Shown here: piece after piece, positions 51,420 to 64,000 of the stretch
Layout: every line of letters starts with the position of its first letter
Position numbering within the stretch: position 1 is the stretch's first letter
Assembly: GCA_964188305.1 (NCBI GenBank)
Contig: OZ076888.1
Direction: 5' to 3' (one strand)
From: Podarcis bocagei
Lineage: Eukaryota
DNA: 64,000 nt
The notes under the pieces: model-generated
The model's input: the letters and a program-made list of their open reading frames with translations, nothing else
Database searches by the model: none
What the model was told of the DNA's origin: nothing
Made by a program: the position numbers and the translations under genes

Positions 51420-52170
51420 TATTATTTATTTTTATTTACTACGTCTTATACTCCAAATTTCTTCAGTCATGAAGCTCAAGACAATGCACATGGGATTCCG
51501 GGGCAATCTTGTGGGAATGTTGTGGATACTAGGAGAGGATATATTGATTAAATATTATCCTTCCTAATTCACGCTTGTGATACAGCAGCAGAATATATTC
51601 CCCAGCATATAGCAGGAAGCTAGTTGGTAGATTTGTTTGAATCTCTTTACTTAAGCAATCCAATCTGGCTTTGTCCAGACTGGGTTTTGTTCCTGGTAAG
51701 TCCCCTTTTATTCCTCCTAAAAAGAATAAAGACACAACAATCTTATTTTAAAAGAAGAAGTTTACTCACATTCAGTTCACAGTTGGATCCCTGAAGGCAG
51801 GCTTTAGCTTAGAGATACAGAAAAGGGAATGAGCTCATGTCCTGGTGGCTGAGAGCCAGCAGACAGCAAAATACATCAGTATCAAGAGATCATGGCATCA
51901 AGAAGAAGAAGAGTTAAAAGAGGAAGATGGCTGTGTGACCAGCCCCTTTTATGGGGTCTTCCAGGGTCATGCCCACCTACCTGGTCACACGCAGGGGAAG
52001 GAAGCTGCAGACCAGGTGTGACAGGAAGTCCTCCTGGGTGGAGTAACACCCCCCCCGCCGCACCTCCACTCTGGGCAAATAGGAAGTGTTGTACTTGACA
52101 GCTTATGTTACATCCCACAAATCTCCCATCCAAACACTGGCCAGACCAAGATCTGCTTGGCTTCAGCAAA
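51420..52170 (-). mobile_element. 5S rRNA-derived SINE (SINE3-like), split by a solo LTR
   Basis: Rejoined reverse complement gaagccaagcagatcttggtctggccagtgtttggatgggagattgc resembles the 5S internal control region. Confidence 0.6.
51510..52119. mobile_element. Solo LTR (610 bp)
   Basis: TG...CA ends with short inverted termini (TGTGGGA...TCCCACA); 5-bp TSD AATCT at 51505-51509 and 52120-52124. Confidence 0.85.
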
Positions 52171-54099
52171 ACAGGGTACAATGTGCCCTTAGGCAGTGCT
52201 GGTATTTATTCTACCTGTTCCTTTTCCTCATAACTTGGGGGGGTTGGTTTGTGCATGGTTATGCATTATGACAGCTCCAGCATCCATTGGTGACCCCAGA
52301 ACTAAGTCTACAGATAGAGCTTCCACATCCGCTCGTACGCAATGCTTTTCAGGTATAAAATGCCCACGAGTCACTTCAAGAGAAATCCAATCAAGAGAAT
52401 AGTCACGGGATCATACGGAGCCTTTCAGCTAGACATCTCTAAAAATGCCATGAAAACCTACCAAAGATGAAACAAAATTCAGTGTGGCAACATGCCCATC
52501 ATTCAATGTGTTATAAATTCTCTTAGGTTACCTTGCAGTAAGATACCGTGGATAATTAATAGGGATGAATGGAAAATCAAGCAACACTTTAAAAGGGTTT
52601 TGGCAGAGAGGGGAATGAATGCATTACCACTCTTCTCTGCTGAAACCCTGGAGTGGACTAAGACATATGGAACAGATTCAGCAATTGATTCTTGGCACGT
52701 GCTGAGAGACCCACAGTGCCTAGGCCTCCGTAAACTTGCTCCAAATTCTTCAGTGTGTAGATGAAATGATGATACCACTGCCCTCCTTTGGGCACTGGAG
52801 ACTTTGCAGCGCATGCCTCCCCATGCCCAATAATTAATCTTTCATATTTGGCTACATAAATAGCATTTAATTGTCAGTCTCAGAACTAAAAATACAACGG
52901 CTAGCTTATGCACGTCTCTGTAAAATCTCATCAGTAACAATAGGAGACTTAAACGTATTCCGTGTTAGCTTAGAACTAACCTTTGCGTCTCATTACCAAT
53001 CCGATCAAAGCCTCTCTTGCTAGGAAGTCATCTTTCCTTCATGGCAACAAAGCTGTCTTTATTCACCTGTGCTTTCTGACGGGACCTTCAGTTTTCCAGC
53101 AGGCTATATGTGCCTGCCTTCATATAACCACACCTATTCTCTCCCTACCTGTAAAAGTTGCTTCGAAACAGCTTTTTCAGCCTACTTCAATGCCTTATGC
53201 AGAGAATCGGGTTTCCTGATTACCGTAGTTAACTGAGTGACGTTTTCCAGCATTGTGGGCATTCTGATCATGCTTCAGGCGCAGGAGCAGTGTCATAAAC
53301 AAGCAATCTGGAAAGTCATGTTAAGCAACCAGTAGGATGATTGATAGGTCTCGTGCATCCAAAACACGCACAAACTGGCTTTGGCAGTCAGACTGAATGG
53401 ATGATGCAGTGGAAGGAGAAGCAGGGAACTTCCGTTGCTCATGGAACAAAGTGTCTAGTGACTCTAATCTTATGACACCTTCATGGCGCACAACTGCCTT
53501 CTGGCTTAAAATACTTTTGACATGTGCTGCTGACACGGGCAGGCAGAGGACAGATGCACAGATATGTGCCTGGTACATTTCAGTCATTTTCATCACTGCA
53601 TTTTCCAGTATCACGGCAAGTTAAAAAAAGAGATCAACACTGGGCCAGAGATTTTGAATGTTGCAATAACTTCCCATATGTTAGCTCAGTCGTCCGTACA
53701 ACAATCCAGTGTGGTAGGTGCAGTTGTGTAAGTTTAAACAACAACCATGGCACTTTTACATACTGTACATGCAGTCTTTTCCACCCTTTTTTTCCTAGAG
53801 GAAAGGGTCACACGGATTCGGAAGCTGCCTTTTAATGAGCCAGACCCTTGGTTCATCTTGTCCAGTGTACACAAAGTGGCAAGGGCTGTCCAGGGTTTTG
53901 GGCAGAGAGTATTCTTAGCCTCACCTGGAGAGGCCAGGAATTGAAGGTGGGACCATCTTCATTCAAAGCAGGTGCTCTGCTACTTGGGTCATGACAATTC
54001 ATGTGAAAATTGGGGGGCGGGGGGGCGGGATAGATTTCTAGTTTCATTTAGGTAACCTTATCTGCAATGTGAAAAGGCTTGTCAGCCTGGCGGCAAGTA

Positions 54100-54341
54100 C
54101 AGTGGTACCTCTGGTTATGTACGTAATTCATTCCGGAGGTCCGTTCTTAACCTGAAACTGTTCTTAACCTGAAGCACCACTTTAGCTAATGGGGCCTCCT
54201 GCTGCTGCCGCTCCGCCAGAGCACGATTTCTGTTCTCATCCTGAAGCAAAGTTCTTAACTCGAAGTACTATTTCTGGGTTAGCGGAGTCTGTAACCTGAA
54301 GTGTATGTAACCTGAAGTGTATGTAACCTGAGGTACCACTG
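54100..54341. mobile_element. Tc1/mariner (Tigger-like) MITE
   Basis: TIR CAGTGGTACCTC, TA TSD, internal TAACCTGAAG repeats. Confidence 0.9.
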
Positions 54342-54349
54342 TATTCTCT

Positions 54350-54492
54350 CTCTTCTTCTTCTTCTTCTTCTTCTTCTTCTTCTTCTTCTTCTTCTTCTTC
54401 TTCTTCTTCTTCTTCTTCTTCTTCTTCTTCATCTGTCTTGGGAGACAATGGAGGAGTGTCCCTTTGGGGGGTGAAGTCAAACTGTTGGAAGG
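54350..54492 (-). mobile_element. Probable RTE LINE 3' tip with an expanded (GAA)n tail
   Basis: (TTC)n at about 54350-54430 directly joined to a 60-bp segment I recall as an RTE 3' end; family call not verified. Confidence 0.45.
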
Positions 54493-55942
54493 TTCTCTCC
54501 ATCATTATAGTCGTCATCATCATCATCATCATTTTATTTATTTATACTCTACCTTTCAGGACAACTCCTTACAAGTAGCTTACAGCTTTCAAAACATATA
54601 ACACCATGTAAAACAAAATACAAAACAGCACCGATACAATCTCTTCTTAAAACTTTCTCAGTCTCAGGTGATGACAAATGGGACTTCCTTCTTGCCTCCA
54701 ACACACAATGCTTTTCCAGTGGTTCAGTGGTTCAGTGGTTCAGCTGTCAGTCACTGAATATTGAGACAGGCAAGAACTGACTGGTAAGCAATAAAAATTA
54801 AAATATGTGTACATGTGTGAACCTGGCAACCTGCCCCTTGAGGACCGTGGATCCATTAGATGATTTTTTTTTTAATACTGGTGCCAATGGCTTGAGGCAC
54901 ATGGGAGAGGTTGGGACCATAGTAAGGGCAAATTATTAAAAAAAACCCGTCCGGCCTCCCTCCAGCTATGGTTCTGATCAGACCCCCCCACTTACGGTAC
55001 TTTAGATCAGCTTCCCTCAATTAAGGGTCTTTCAGATGTTGTGGAACGCCAGCTCTTATCAGCCCCTGTTAGCATGGCCAAAATGATCAGCGATTGTGGG
55101 AGTCATGGGACAACAACATCTAGAAGGTAACAGGTATGGGAATGCTATTCTGAAGAATAAATCACACAAATGCTAATAATCCCAAAGAGCACCATGTGTT
55201 GCGCAGCTCTGAATGTGAACGGACTCTAATGTTGGGGGAGTCTATCTGGAGCGGAACAAAGGAGCTGAGAGGTTGCTCCAATCTACCCAGTAGTCCTTGT
55301 GACACCTTGTGGCTGAAAAAAATACAGCTTGAGCATGGAGAATGGTTTTTCTTTTACACAACAGCCTCTCCTTTTAGTTGACTTAAAAAAGTAAATAAAA
55401 GAATGACTTATTCCCTTTGATTGCCTGGGGACTATCACTTGAAGTGCACGTTCCATTTTAAAGGTACATTTGCCGAGTCTGTCAGTTGTCCTGGCAGGTG
55501 TCAAAAGGTCAGGTATCCACGCTGATTCCTTTAGAAGCATCAAAGTAATCTTTGATACCATGGGGACAGCCAAGTGCATGATTCATAATTAATGCATTTT
55601 CTCAAGGAACTGAGCTGTTCCTGCTTATGAGCTGATTTCTGGGCTTGTATCACATTCAAAATCTTCTCCCTTTGGCTAATTAAACAACCAATGTCCTTTT
55701 AAACTGGGTGTGTTTTGTTTTTTTACTATGGGATAACACTCACCTTTTTGCCCTGCTCTTTCAAGGCAGATGTCTGCGCTTTAACGCTCCATGTCTCTCT
55801 GTGTGTGTGTGTGTGCCACAAGCTTCCCCCATGAAAATCCACTCTTTAAAGATGAATCGGAGCAAAGATAATTTCCCACGGATTGCTGTTTGCTCCAATT
55901 GAGTTTCAAAGAGCAGCTTTTCGTGAGGAAAGCTCCAGACTG

Positions 55943-56072
55943 CAGTGTTTCCCAAACTTGGGTCTCCAGCTGTTTTTGGACTACAACTCCCATCATCCAG
56001 CAAGACCACTGCTCAGGGATGATGGGAATTGTAGTCTGAAAGCAGGTGGAGATTCAGGTTTGGGAAACACTG
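55943..56072. mobile_element. Palindromic hAT-like MITE (gactacaactcccatc family)
   Basis: TIR CAGTGTTTCCCAAAC; degraded relatives near 12135, 21130, 24680, 25398, 27835, 47577, 55008 and 57360. Confidence 0.75.
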
Positions 56073-57679
56073 CTCCAGAGCAAAACAGGATGCTGATACA
56101 CAGAGCTTTAATTTGTGGACCATGCCTAGAAAGAGAGGAGGAAAGGTAAATGTGGATATGCTATGTATTTTTGTGTTTTTATATTGTAAACCCCCCTGTG
56201 TTCCTCAGATGAAATTTAATAATAATAATACACCAGACTGGCAGTTTAGTAAAAACACTTTATGTACCAGTTGGTCTTCATCTGCTGTTTCCTTTCCAGA
56301 GCTATGAGCCCTTTCTGCTATTCTCTTGACGCATGATCTTTTACATGCTCCTCCGCCACTCAAACTTGGCACCAAAGCTGTGGGAAACCTACACAAGTGT
56401 GTCTGACCTCGTACTCTTGTGGAAAGCTCATAAATGGATTCTGGTGCTATGATTAACATATGGAGGGCTGCCATAAATCAAACTGTATGTACTTAAGAAG
56501 GCTGGGCTAGTCTAATGGGAAACAATGTGCAGGAGCGATGAAAAAAATTAACCCAAGGCAGTGCAGATCAATGCAATCATATGATGCATCCCTTAATGTT
56601 CTGATCAGTGCCACTACGATAAGGATCACAGGAACTATCCAAATCTCTCTTAAAAAAACCACCATGGTCCCAAAGATATCTGACCGAAGCCTCTTGGGTT
56701 TTTAAAGGCTAATTGGCTGCAAAGATTGAATTGTTTTTGGCTGGTGAACATGCTCTCCATTGGGTGGAATAAACTCTGCTCTTTATAGGATATTTTCAGC
56801 TGAAAAGGTTTTTTTAATTTTTTTGCTGCTTCTCAGATATTTGCTGATGGTTTGAATATTTGCTAAAGGGTCACTGAATTTGATTAATGACTACGTTTAA
56901 TTTTAAGATTCATTTTTTATGTTTATTTTAAGTTATTTTCATTAGTTTGCCAAATGAAATATAGATATGCGTTTTAAGCATGTTCTCTGTCTATTCCACT
57001 GCGGTATGCTAAATGCAGTCATTGGGTTGTAGCCAACCATGTCATCCCATTAGCACAATAACTTCAATCAATACAATTTTTCTGTATCACTATCTTCCAA
57101 GCTCAGAGCAACCAGCTGTTTATCATGGGAATGCCCTGACTTTAATATCTGCATGCTGCCTTAATTCTTGGCAATGCTGAATTAAACTGGTTACTAATTC
57201 TACATCTATATAATAGGTATCGCCCAACCCAGCCTCCTCATACTGTGAATGGTGGGACAACTTTGCACCCAGCAATGGATGAGGTACAGGCAACAGACAT
57301 GTGTACAAATTTTGTTCAGCCAGTTCTGTGTGGAGGCACAGCTCTGCTTGTTAGAAAGCAGAGGCGGGGAAAATTATCACCTTCCAAACAATACAAATCC
57401 CATCATCCATGACTATTGGCCCTGTTGGGAGGGACGGATGGAATATGGAGTCCAACAACATCTGGAGGGCTACGGGTTCCCCATTCTTCCTCTAGACCAA
57501 ACCTTCAGGGCTATTAGGTCCAGAGTGGCAAGGGATGGAGTCTATTTTGAACTTGCCTGCCTCGCTCACCCAAAACTAATAGTCAGGGGAGGGTGGAGGG
57601 ACCTGGTGAGGCCTCCCTTGAGGGTGAGCAGCAGTGAGGAACCAGGATTTGCTGGGTCACCTCGTCTTGGGACTTAGAT

Positions 57680-58380
57680 GCTGAGCACAATTCAGAGTGT
57701 TGGTGCTGACCTTTAAAGCCCTAAACAGCCTCAGCCCAGTATACCTGAAGGAGTGTCTCCACCCCCATCATTCAGCCCAGACACTGAGGTCCAGCTCTGA
57801 GGGCCTTCTGGCGGTTCCCTCACGGCAAGAAGTGAGGTTATAGGGAACGAGGCAGAGGGCCTTCTCAGCAGTGGCGCCCACCCTGTTAAACGCCCTCCCA
57901 TCAGACGTCAAGGAAATAAACAACTATCTGACTTTTAGAAGACATCTGAAGGAAGCCCTGTTTAGTGAAGTTTTAAATGTTTGATGTTTTATTGTGTTTT
58001 TTTTAAAAAATAATTTTTATTGATTTTTCCATGTATACTTCTTCTGACAATATATCTTTAACAATTTTTCATATTTCAACCCTCCTCCCCTGGACTTCCC
58101 TCATACTCCCGTTTTGTTTTATATCCATATTGTTCACCCTGTGTATTGTTTCCCCAAAATTTCCTCAATACATATAGTCTTATTTTTTGTTGTATACAGT
58201 TGTGATTGTTTACTCAAACCCTGCCAATGAGTCCATTTCTTTACGTTGCCTCTTCATATATGTTGTAAATGGTTCCCATTCTCTTTTAAAGTCTTCGTTG
58301 TATTGTGTTTTTAATGTTCTGTTGGGAGCTGCCCAGAGTGCCTGGGGAAACCCAGCCAGATGGGTGGAGTATAAATAATA

Positions 58381-58430
<50 letters not shown>
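57680..58430 (+). mobile_element. L2 LINE 3' end with (TAT)n tail, interrupted by an L1 tip
   Basis: VLVLTFKALN...YLKE...RAFS..APTL..NALP RT tail; same sequence as 45302-45980 and 26705-26935. Confidence 0.85.
58002..58300 (-). mobile_element. L1 3' tip inserted into an L2 element
   Basis: EDFKREWEPFTTYMK on the minus strand; 12-bp TSD TATTGTGTTTTT at 57990-58001 and 58301-58312. Confidence 0.85.
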
Positions 58431-58431
<1 letters not shown>

Positions 58432-59646
58432 GCATTGACACCTGCAGCCTCAGCCAGGTAGCTAGCTACCTGCACTGGTGGAGCTTTAGTTAAGTTAAGG
58501 CACTTGAATATTTTGTTGGACTTCTATACCCATTCACCTTGGAGTTAGGTCAATTGAAGACAGTAGGGCTTCCTTCTGAGCAGACATCTGCAGGACTGCA
58601 CTGTGAATGTAGTTGTAATGTAGATGTGTAATGTAGATGTGCCCCTTGTCTAGATTTTTAAGTTTAGATCAGTGCTTGGGAAATAGGTCTGCAGGCAACT
58701 GAATGGACCTTCCCTGTTCAGAGGCAAACTACATGCAGAGGGGGACAGTTAACGTTGGAGGGTTGTGGTCTGCTGGATCAGGGTATTGGTCCATCTAGTC
58801 TAGCATCCTGTTCTCACAATGGCCAACCAGTTGCCTAATGGGAAGCTTAAAAGCAGAACCGGATCACAACAACACTCTCCCCTCTTGTGGCTCCCAGCCA
58901 TTGGCATACAAACTCACCCAGTTTATACACAAACACACGTCCCCCATTGAGGAAGCTCACGTACTGAAGCCACTGTGCACAGCTGTTTCTTTGTCCCAAG
59001 GTACCTTTGGGAAAGTTCTGCTCAGCGACCTCCGCACCTGCACCATCCCCCTAAGAGTCATGTTTAGCCTACTAATAGTGTGTCAAGAAACAAACAGCCC
59101 TGTCTCGTCCAGCATCTGCTAAGGCTTGCTTGCCCCGCAGGGATCTCCTCAGTGTGGTTGTCAGAGGGACAGAGATCATTTTGTTCCCACCTGACGTGAT
59201 CAGCCTTCAAGGTTACCAACAGATTATTTAAAGATGACTTGGCATGGCCCCTTTGGTTTATCATGTTGGTGACAGAATGTCATTTCCTTTACTGCAGGGC
59301 TGGAACACACCTTTGTCCCAGCATGTCACCATCTCTTCAGAAGCAGAGATGGGACCCTCAAGTTCTGAAATAGCTTCAGTCTGGAGATTGGCTAAAACTG
59401 GCTAATGCGAGTCTCTCTGCAGGTCTATTTTATTGTCAGAGAGCATCGTCTCTATTAATGAATGCCTTTTATGGTTGGCAAACAGCACCCATTTACAGTG
59501 AAAGATTTCCTGGTTCTCACCCCATTAATAAACACACATCTCTTTTTAATGTGTTTCCTTGTTCCCAGTCAATTCAAATAATACTTGTTTTACAGACGAA
59601 GACTAAAACCATGCTTCCCTACCCCCTGCTTCATAAAAGGAAACTT

Positions 59647-59812
59647 TTTTTAATATAAAGAAATTATTGATATAAACACATACAAAATATATTAAAAGGG
59701 ATAAGTGAAACCAATGCAAATACATGCAGAAATAGAAAACAAACAAATGAAATGAAAACAAGGTGCAGAGGAAAATCTGAAAACAACTGACAATACAATA
59801 TGACACAATACA
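59647..59812 (-). mobile_element. Short A-tailed retroposed fragment (probably LINE 3' UTR)
   Basis: 14-bp direct repeat ATAAAAGGAAACTT at 59633-59646 and 59813-59826, with a T-run at the left end. Confidence 0.6.
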
Positions 59813-60827
59813 ATAAAAGGAAACTTGAAACATCAGGGAATGGAGCACGCAAGAGGGGAAAAGGCTAGGAAGAGAGGCTGTGACTGAGCATTTTCCTCTG
59901 AGTCACAGTCTGATCTGGGAAGCAAGGTTTTGAGGGAGCATTTTCTGTGTGAGATAGGCAAAATGATACGATATTGGGTAGTGATAAGGGCATAGGAACG
60001 CAAATTCTCATTCAGGTACAGGAGTCTGCACTCACAGAACAAACTTGTAGCTAAGTGTGCTCAGAGAATTGTGTTCAGCTGGGAATTGCTGTGGATCTTA
60101 ACTGGGATCATTTCCCTTTCAGGGCTCCTTGTCTGATTTTTCTTCAGACTAAAAGTGATCCGTTGAAAGGCCCTCAAGCACACACAATTAACTAGCATGA
60201 AGGGTAGTCTGGTATTGTATAGCCGGGGAAAGGGAAGGCACAGCGGGGTGAAGTCCAAGGTTCAGTACTTGACACCTCCACTTTAAAGGAACAGGGAGCA
60301 GGTGAAGAATTGCCTGACACCCTGGAAAGCCACTAGCAGCTGGACTAGACAACCGCCCCCTCCTTTCTTTAACATGCTTTAGAGCCTGTGAAGGACGGAT
60401 GGTAGCTGGAGGGGGGGGTGAAGGGGCAGTTGCTGGAGCTCAGTTGCTGTGCCGCTGAAGCTGTTGGCAAGACCAAAAACAAACAAAGTTCAGAAGTTTA
60501 AAACTAAAAAAAAAAAAAAGATAAATGAGAAAGGGTGGTGGTGGACAGAGACGAGCAAATCCCCCTGCCAAGAATTGTAAGCTCTTCCCCATCAACCACA
60601 CTGGTTCCAATTCTGAACCGTTTTATCACACCCCTTTTATATGCTGGTTTCAGTCTAAATGCCCCAGCCTTAAATTCCACCAAAGTGGAATGAAATGAGA
60701 CCAGCCAGTTAGCTAGATGAACAGATCTGGTCTAAAACAGCTTCCTAAAGGCAGGATATAAATTCTCTTTTACATAATTGCTCAAATAGCTTTATCAATA
60801 AGTTCATTGGGTCAATCTCTCTTTTGC

Positions 60828-63800
60828 TTTTTTTTTTTTTTTAATTTTTTTTTTTTAAAGATTTTTTATTGCGTTTCTTTTCATAGATTTACAAATTTGT
60901 TTACATGGCAAGATACAAGAAACATTTTTTATATATATATATAAGAAAAAATAAAAACAAGAAAAAATGTTATGAAACTTTCCTTAACATCCTTCAGCAT
61001 TTCACTTTTGGACCTCCTCACATCCTCTCAGCATTGCGTTCATTATTCTAACCAGTTCAGCAATTTGTTATCTTGTTTCCCATCTTATTGTACCTTTAAA
61101 TATATTATGTTACCAATTTCAAAAAATTGTAATTTAGTTTTGACATTGTTAATAAACATAATAATTTGTTTCAAATATTTCTCGTTTTTTCTATCAATAC
61201 TTACTTTATCATTTCTTAAAATAAATTACGGAAACATAGCATTTCTTAATCGTGCGCTATCTTAACATTCAAACAACTTATAATGTTTTTGCAAATAGTC
61301 CTTAAATTTTTTCCAGTCCTCCTCCATAGTTTCTTCGCTCAGATCTCGGATTCTGCCAGTCATTTCTGCCAACTCCATGTAGTCCATCAACTGCGTCTGC
61401 CAGTCCTCCAGTGTGGGTAAATCTGGTGTTTTCCAGAACTTAGCGATGAGAATCCTAGCTGCTGTGGTTGCATACATAAACAAGGTTCTATCCTTCTTTG
61501 GCACCTTCCGGTCCACCATGCCCAAGAGAAAGGCCTCTGGTTTCTTAGAGAAGGTATATCTAAATACCTTTTTCAGCTCATTATGTATGATTTCCCAAAA
61601 GGCCTTTACTTTCGGGCAGGTCCACCAGAGGTGAAAGAATGTCCCTTCTGCCTCCTTGCATTTCCAACACTTATTATCAGAAAGATGATATATTTTAGCC
61701 AACTTGACTGGAGTCATGTACCACCGGTATACCATTTTCATAATGTTCTCTTTCAAGGCACTACATGCCGTGAATTTCATACCGGTGTTCCATAACCTTT
61801 CCCAGTCTTCAGACATAATGTTGTGTCCCACATCCTGTGCCCATTTTATCATAGCAGATTTAACTGTCTCATCCTGTGTGTTCCATTTAAGCAGCAGGTC
61901 ATACATTCTCGAAAGTACCTTAATCTTTGGTTCTAGCAACTCCGTCTCCAGTTTCGATTTTTCCAACTGGAAACCCACTTTTCTGTCCATTTTGAATACC
62001 TCTTGAATTTGAGCATAATGTAGCCAGTCTCGCACCTTACCTTTTAATTTGTCCTGGCTTTGGAGCTTCCAATTATCTCCAACTCTTTCAATCAGTTCCC
62101 AATACTTTGGCCAGTAGGCCTCCATATTGGGCTTTTTTTTTGAAATCTTGGCTTCCACAGGTGATAGCCACCTCGGGGTCTTGCTTTCTAATAAGTCCTT
62201 GTACTTCGTCCAGACGGCAAAAATTGATTTTCTGACAATATGGTTTTTGAACAATTTATGAACCTTCGCCTTGTCATACCACAAGTATGCATGCCAACCA
62301 TACACATTGTCAAACCCTTCCAGGTCTAGGACATCGGTGTTTTCCAACAGGAACCAATCCTTCAACCAGCAGAAGGCTGCAGCTTCATAGTACAACCTTA
62401 GGTCCGGCAGGGCAAACCCCCCTCTTTCTTTTGAGTCGGTTAGTATTTTAAATTTTATTCGGGGCTTTTTGCCCTGCCAGACAAACTTAGAAATATCCTT
62501 CTGCCATTTTCCAAAACATTCCATTCTGTCCACGACCTGAAGGGTTTGAAATAAGAACAGCATTTTTGGCAAAACACACATCTTTATAGCTGCAATTCGG
62601 CCTGACAAGGTAAGTTTCAATCTTGACCAAATATCCAGATCTTTTTTAATTTCCAACCAACATTTTTCATAGTTATCTTTAAAAAGATTTAAATTTTTGG
62701 TGGACAAATATACCCCCAGGTATTTCACTTTCTTAACCACACTTAGCTCTGTCTCTTTCTGATACCCCTCTATCTCTGTAGATGTCAAATTTTTGACCAA
62801 AACCTTAGTTTTTTGTTTATTTAACTTGAATCCCGCCACCCGACCAAACTCCAGGATAAGTTCCAAAACTCTTTTTGTGCTAGATACTGGCTCCTGTACT
62901 GTCAAGACTAGGTCATCTGCAAAGGCTTTCAGTTTGTATTGTTTCGCTCCGACCTCTATACCTTGCACCAACTGGTCCTCCCTAATCATATTCAGCAATA
63001 CCTCCAGAACAGAGATAAATAGCAGAGGGGATAAAGGGCACCCCTGTCGTGTCCCTTTTTCAATTAGGAGTTCATCCGACACCACATTGTTCACTATCAA
63101 CTTGGCTTTTTGCTCTGAATAAATTGCTTCTAGTCCATTTTCAAACCCCCGTCCCACTCCCATCCCCTTCAAGTTTTTCTTCATAAACATCCAAGAAATG
63201 TTGTCAAATGCTTTCTCCGCATCAATAAAGATTAAAGCAGCCCTTGTGTTTCTAATTCTCAACAATTCCAATATATCAATAATGTTCCTGGTGTTATCAG
63301 ACATGTGTCTACCAGGGAGAAAGCCTGCTTGGTCCTTGTGAATTACTTCGTTTAAAACGTTTTTAAGTCTACTTGCTAAAATGTCTGCAAATATTTTGTA
63401 ATCCACATTCAGGAGTGAGATGGGACGGTAGTTCTTAAGCTGAGTCTTTTCCTTCTCTGACTTAGGAATCAATGTGATGAATGCTTCTTTCCACGTTTCC
63501 GGTGCCCTTCTCCCCTCCATAATCTGGTTGCAAACCTCCAGCAACGGTTGTATCAAACAATCCTTCAGAGTCTTATAATATTTGGAGGTGAGACCATCTG
63601 GGCCTGGAGATTTGCCAAGTTGCATATTTTGTATGGCACCTTCAATTTCCTGTTGAGTTATTTTACTGTTGAGAATTGATCTTTTATCTTGACTTATTTT
63701 GGATAGTCCATTTGTCCTCAAAAATTGGTCTATTTCCGATTCTTTCTGAGGCCCCTGTGCATAAAGTTCTTTGAAATATCTGTGGAAGCACTTTCTTATT

Positions 63801-64000
63801 TCTTCTGGTTTCTGAACTATTTTTCCTTGAATCTCCAAGTTTGTGACCGTGTTTAGCTTTTGTCTTTTTTTCAATTGCCAAGCTAGCAACTTTCCACATT
63901 TATTTGCTGATTCAAACGATCTCTGCTTCATTTGTTTGATTTTCCACTCAATCTCTTGGTTAATCAATTTCGAATATTGTGCTTGATGGAATTTGATCTC
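60828..64000 (-). mobile_element. L1-clade LINE, apparently young, with 3' UTR and poly(A); 5' part lies outside the window
   Basis: Uninterrupted ORF2 (61262 to the edge) and a poly-T tract at about 60828-60855 on the plus strand. Confidence 0.95.
61262..64000 (-). CDS. L1 ORF2 (reverse transcriptase plus C-terminal CCHC zinc knuckle), partial, more than 900 aa with no stop
   Basis: KSPGPDG, NYRPISLLNVDYKI, DAEKAFD, GTRQGCPLSPLLF, FADD, KYLGV, CWKC..HLWWTC; frame stays open to base 64000. Confidence 0.95.
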   Translation of the reverse strand, partial: EIKFHQAQYSKLINQEIEWKIKQMKQRSFESANKCGKLLAWQLKKRQKLNTVTNLEIQGKIVQKPEEIRKCFHRYFKELYAQGPQKESEIDQFLRTNGLSKISQDKRSILNSKITQQEIEGAIQNMQLGKSPGPDGLTSKYYKTLKDCLIQPLLEVCNQIMEGRRAPETWKEAFITLIPKSEKEKTQLKNYRPISLLNVDYKIFADILASRLKNVLNEVIHKDQAGFLPGRHMSDNTRNIIDILELLRIRNTRAALIFIDAEKAFDNISWMFMKKNLKGMGVGRGFENGLEAIYSEQKAKLIVNNVVSDELLIEKGTRQGCPLSPLLFISVLEVLLNMIREDQLVQGIEVGAKQYKLKAFADDLVLTVQEPVSSTKRVLELILEFGRVAGFKLNKQKTKVLVKNLTSTEIEGYQKETELSVVKKVKYLGVYLSTKNLNLFKDNYEKCWLEIKKDLDIWSRLKLTLSGRIAAIKMCVLPKMLFLFQTLQVVDRMECFGKWQKDISKFVWQGKKPRIKFKILTDSKERGGFALPDLRLYYEAAAFCWLKDWFLLENTDVLDLEGFDNVYGWHAYLWYDKAKVHKLFKNHIVRKSIFAVWTKYKDLLESKTPRWLSPVEAKISKKKPNMEAYWPKYWELIERVGDNWKLQSQDKLKGKVRDWLHYAQIQEVFKMDRKVGFQLEKSKLETELLEPKIKVLSRMYDLLLKWNTQDETVKSAMIKWAQDVGHNIMSEDWERLWNTGMKFTACSALKENIMKMVYRWYMTPVKLAKIYHLSDNKCWKCKEAEGTFFHLWWTCPKVKAFWEIIHNELKKVFRYTFSKKPEAFLLGMVDRKVPKKDRTLFMYATTAARILIAKFWKTPDLPTLEDWQTQLMDYMELAEMTGRIRDLSEETMEEDWKKFKDYLQKHYKLFEC

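Noticed and set aside
54236-54532. Poly-Glu and poly-Lys ORFs
   Set aside because: Translation of a (TTC)n microsatellite plus a MITE.
39000-60800. Exons of a neighbouring gene such as ERCC6
   Set aside because: I recognised no host coding exon in this interval; small exons could be missed without alignment.

Overview
Vertebrate genomic DNA, not prokaryotic. The Sauria/Squam1-type SINEs and the L2/L1/hAT repeat content point to a squamate, most likely a lacertid lizard. The window holds the cholinergic gene locus on the minus strand. It includes the complete intronless SLC18A3 (VAChT) CDS at 35607-37244 and the first nine coding exons of CHAT (18161 down to 1859; 63/192/119/54/181/178/170/101/129 nt, all GT-AG with consistent phases); CHAT continues past the left edge. 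Two CpG-rich regions (about 28.3-30 kb and 35.7-38.9 kb) probably mark the M-type and R/V-type promoters. The rest is intron or intergenic DNA rich in SINEs, L1/L2/CR1/RTE fragments, solo LTRs, hAT and Tigger-like MITEs and microsatellites, with two N gaps and an apparently intact L1 ORF2 running off the right edge. I found no wholly new gene system. The best leads are regulatory: a splice acceptor 12 nt before the VAChT ATG that would remove an in-frame micro-uORF, a candidate M-like ChAT exon whose strong-context in-frame ATG is blocked by one TGA and overlaps an RE1-like motif, pChAT-compatible exon phasing, and a local pile-up of palindromic elements between VAChT and ChAT. Repeat family names and comparisons with mammalian sequences come from recall, not from database searches.
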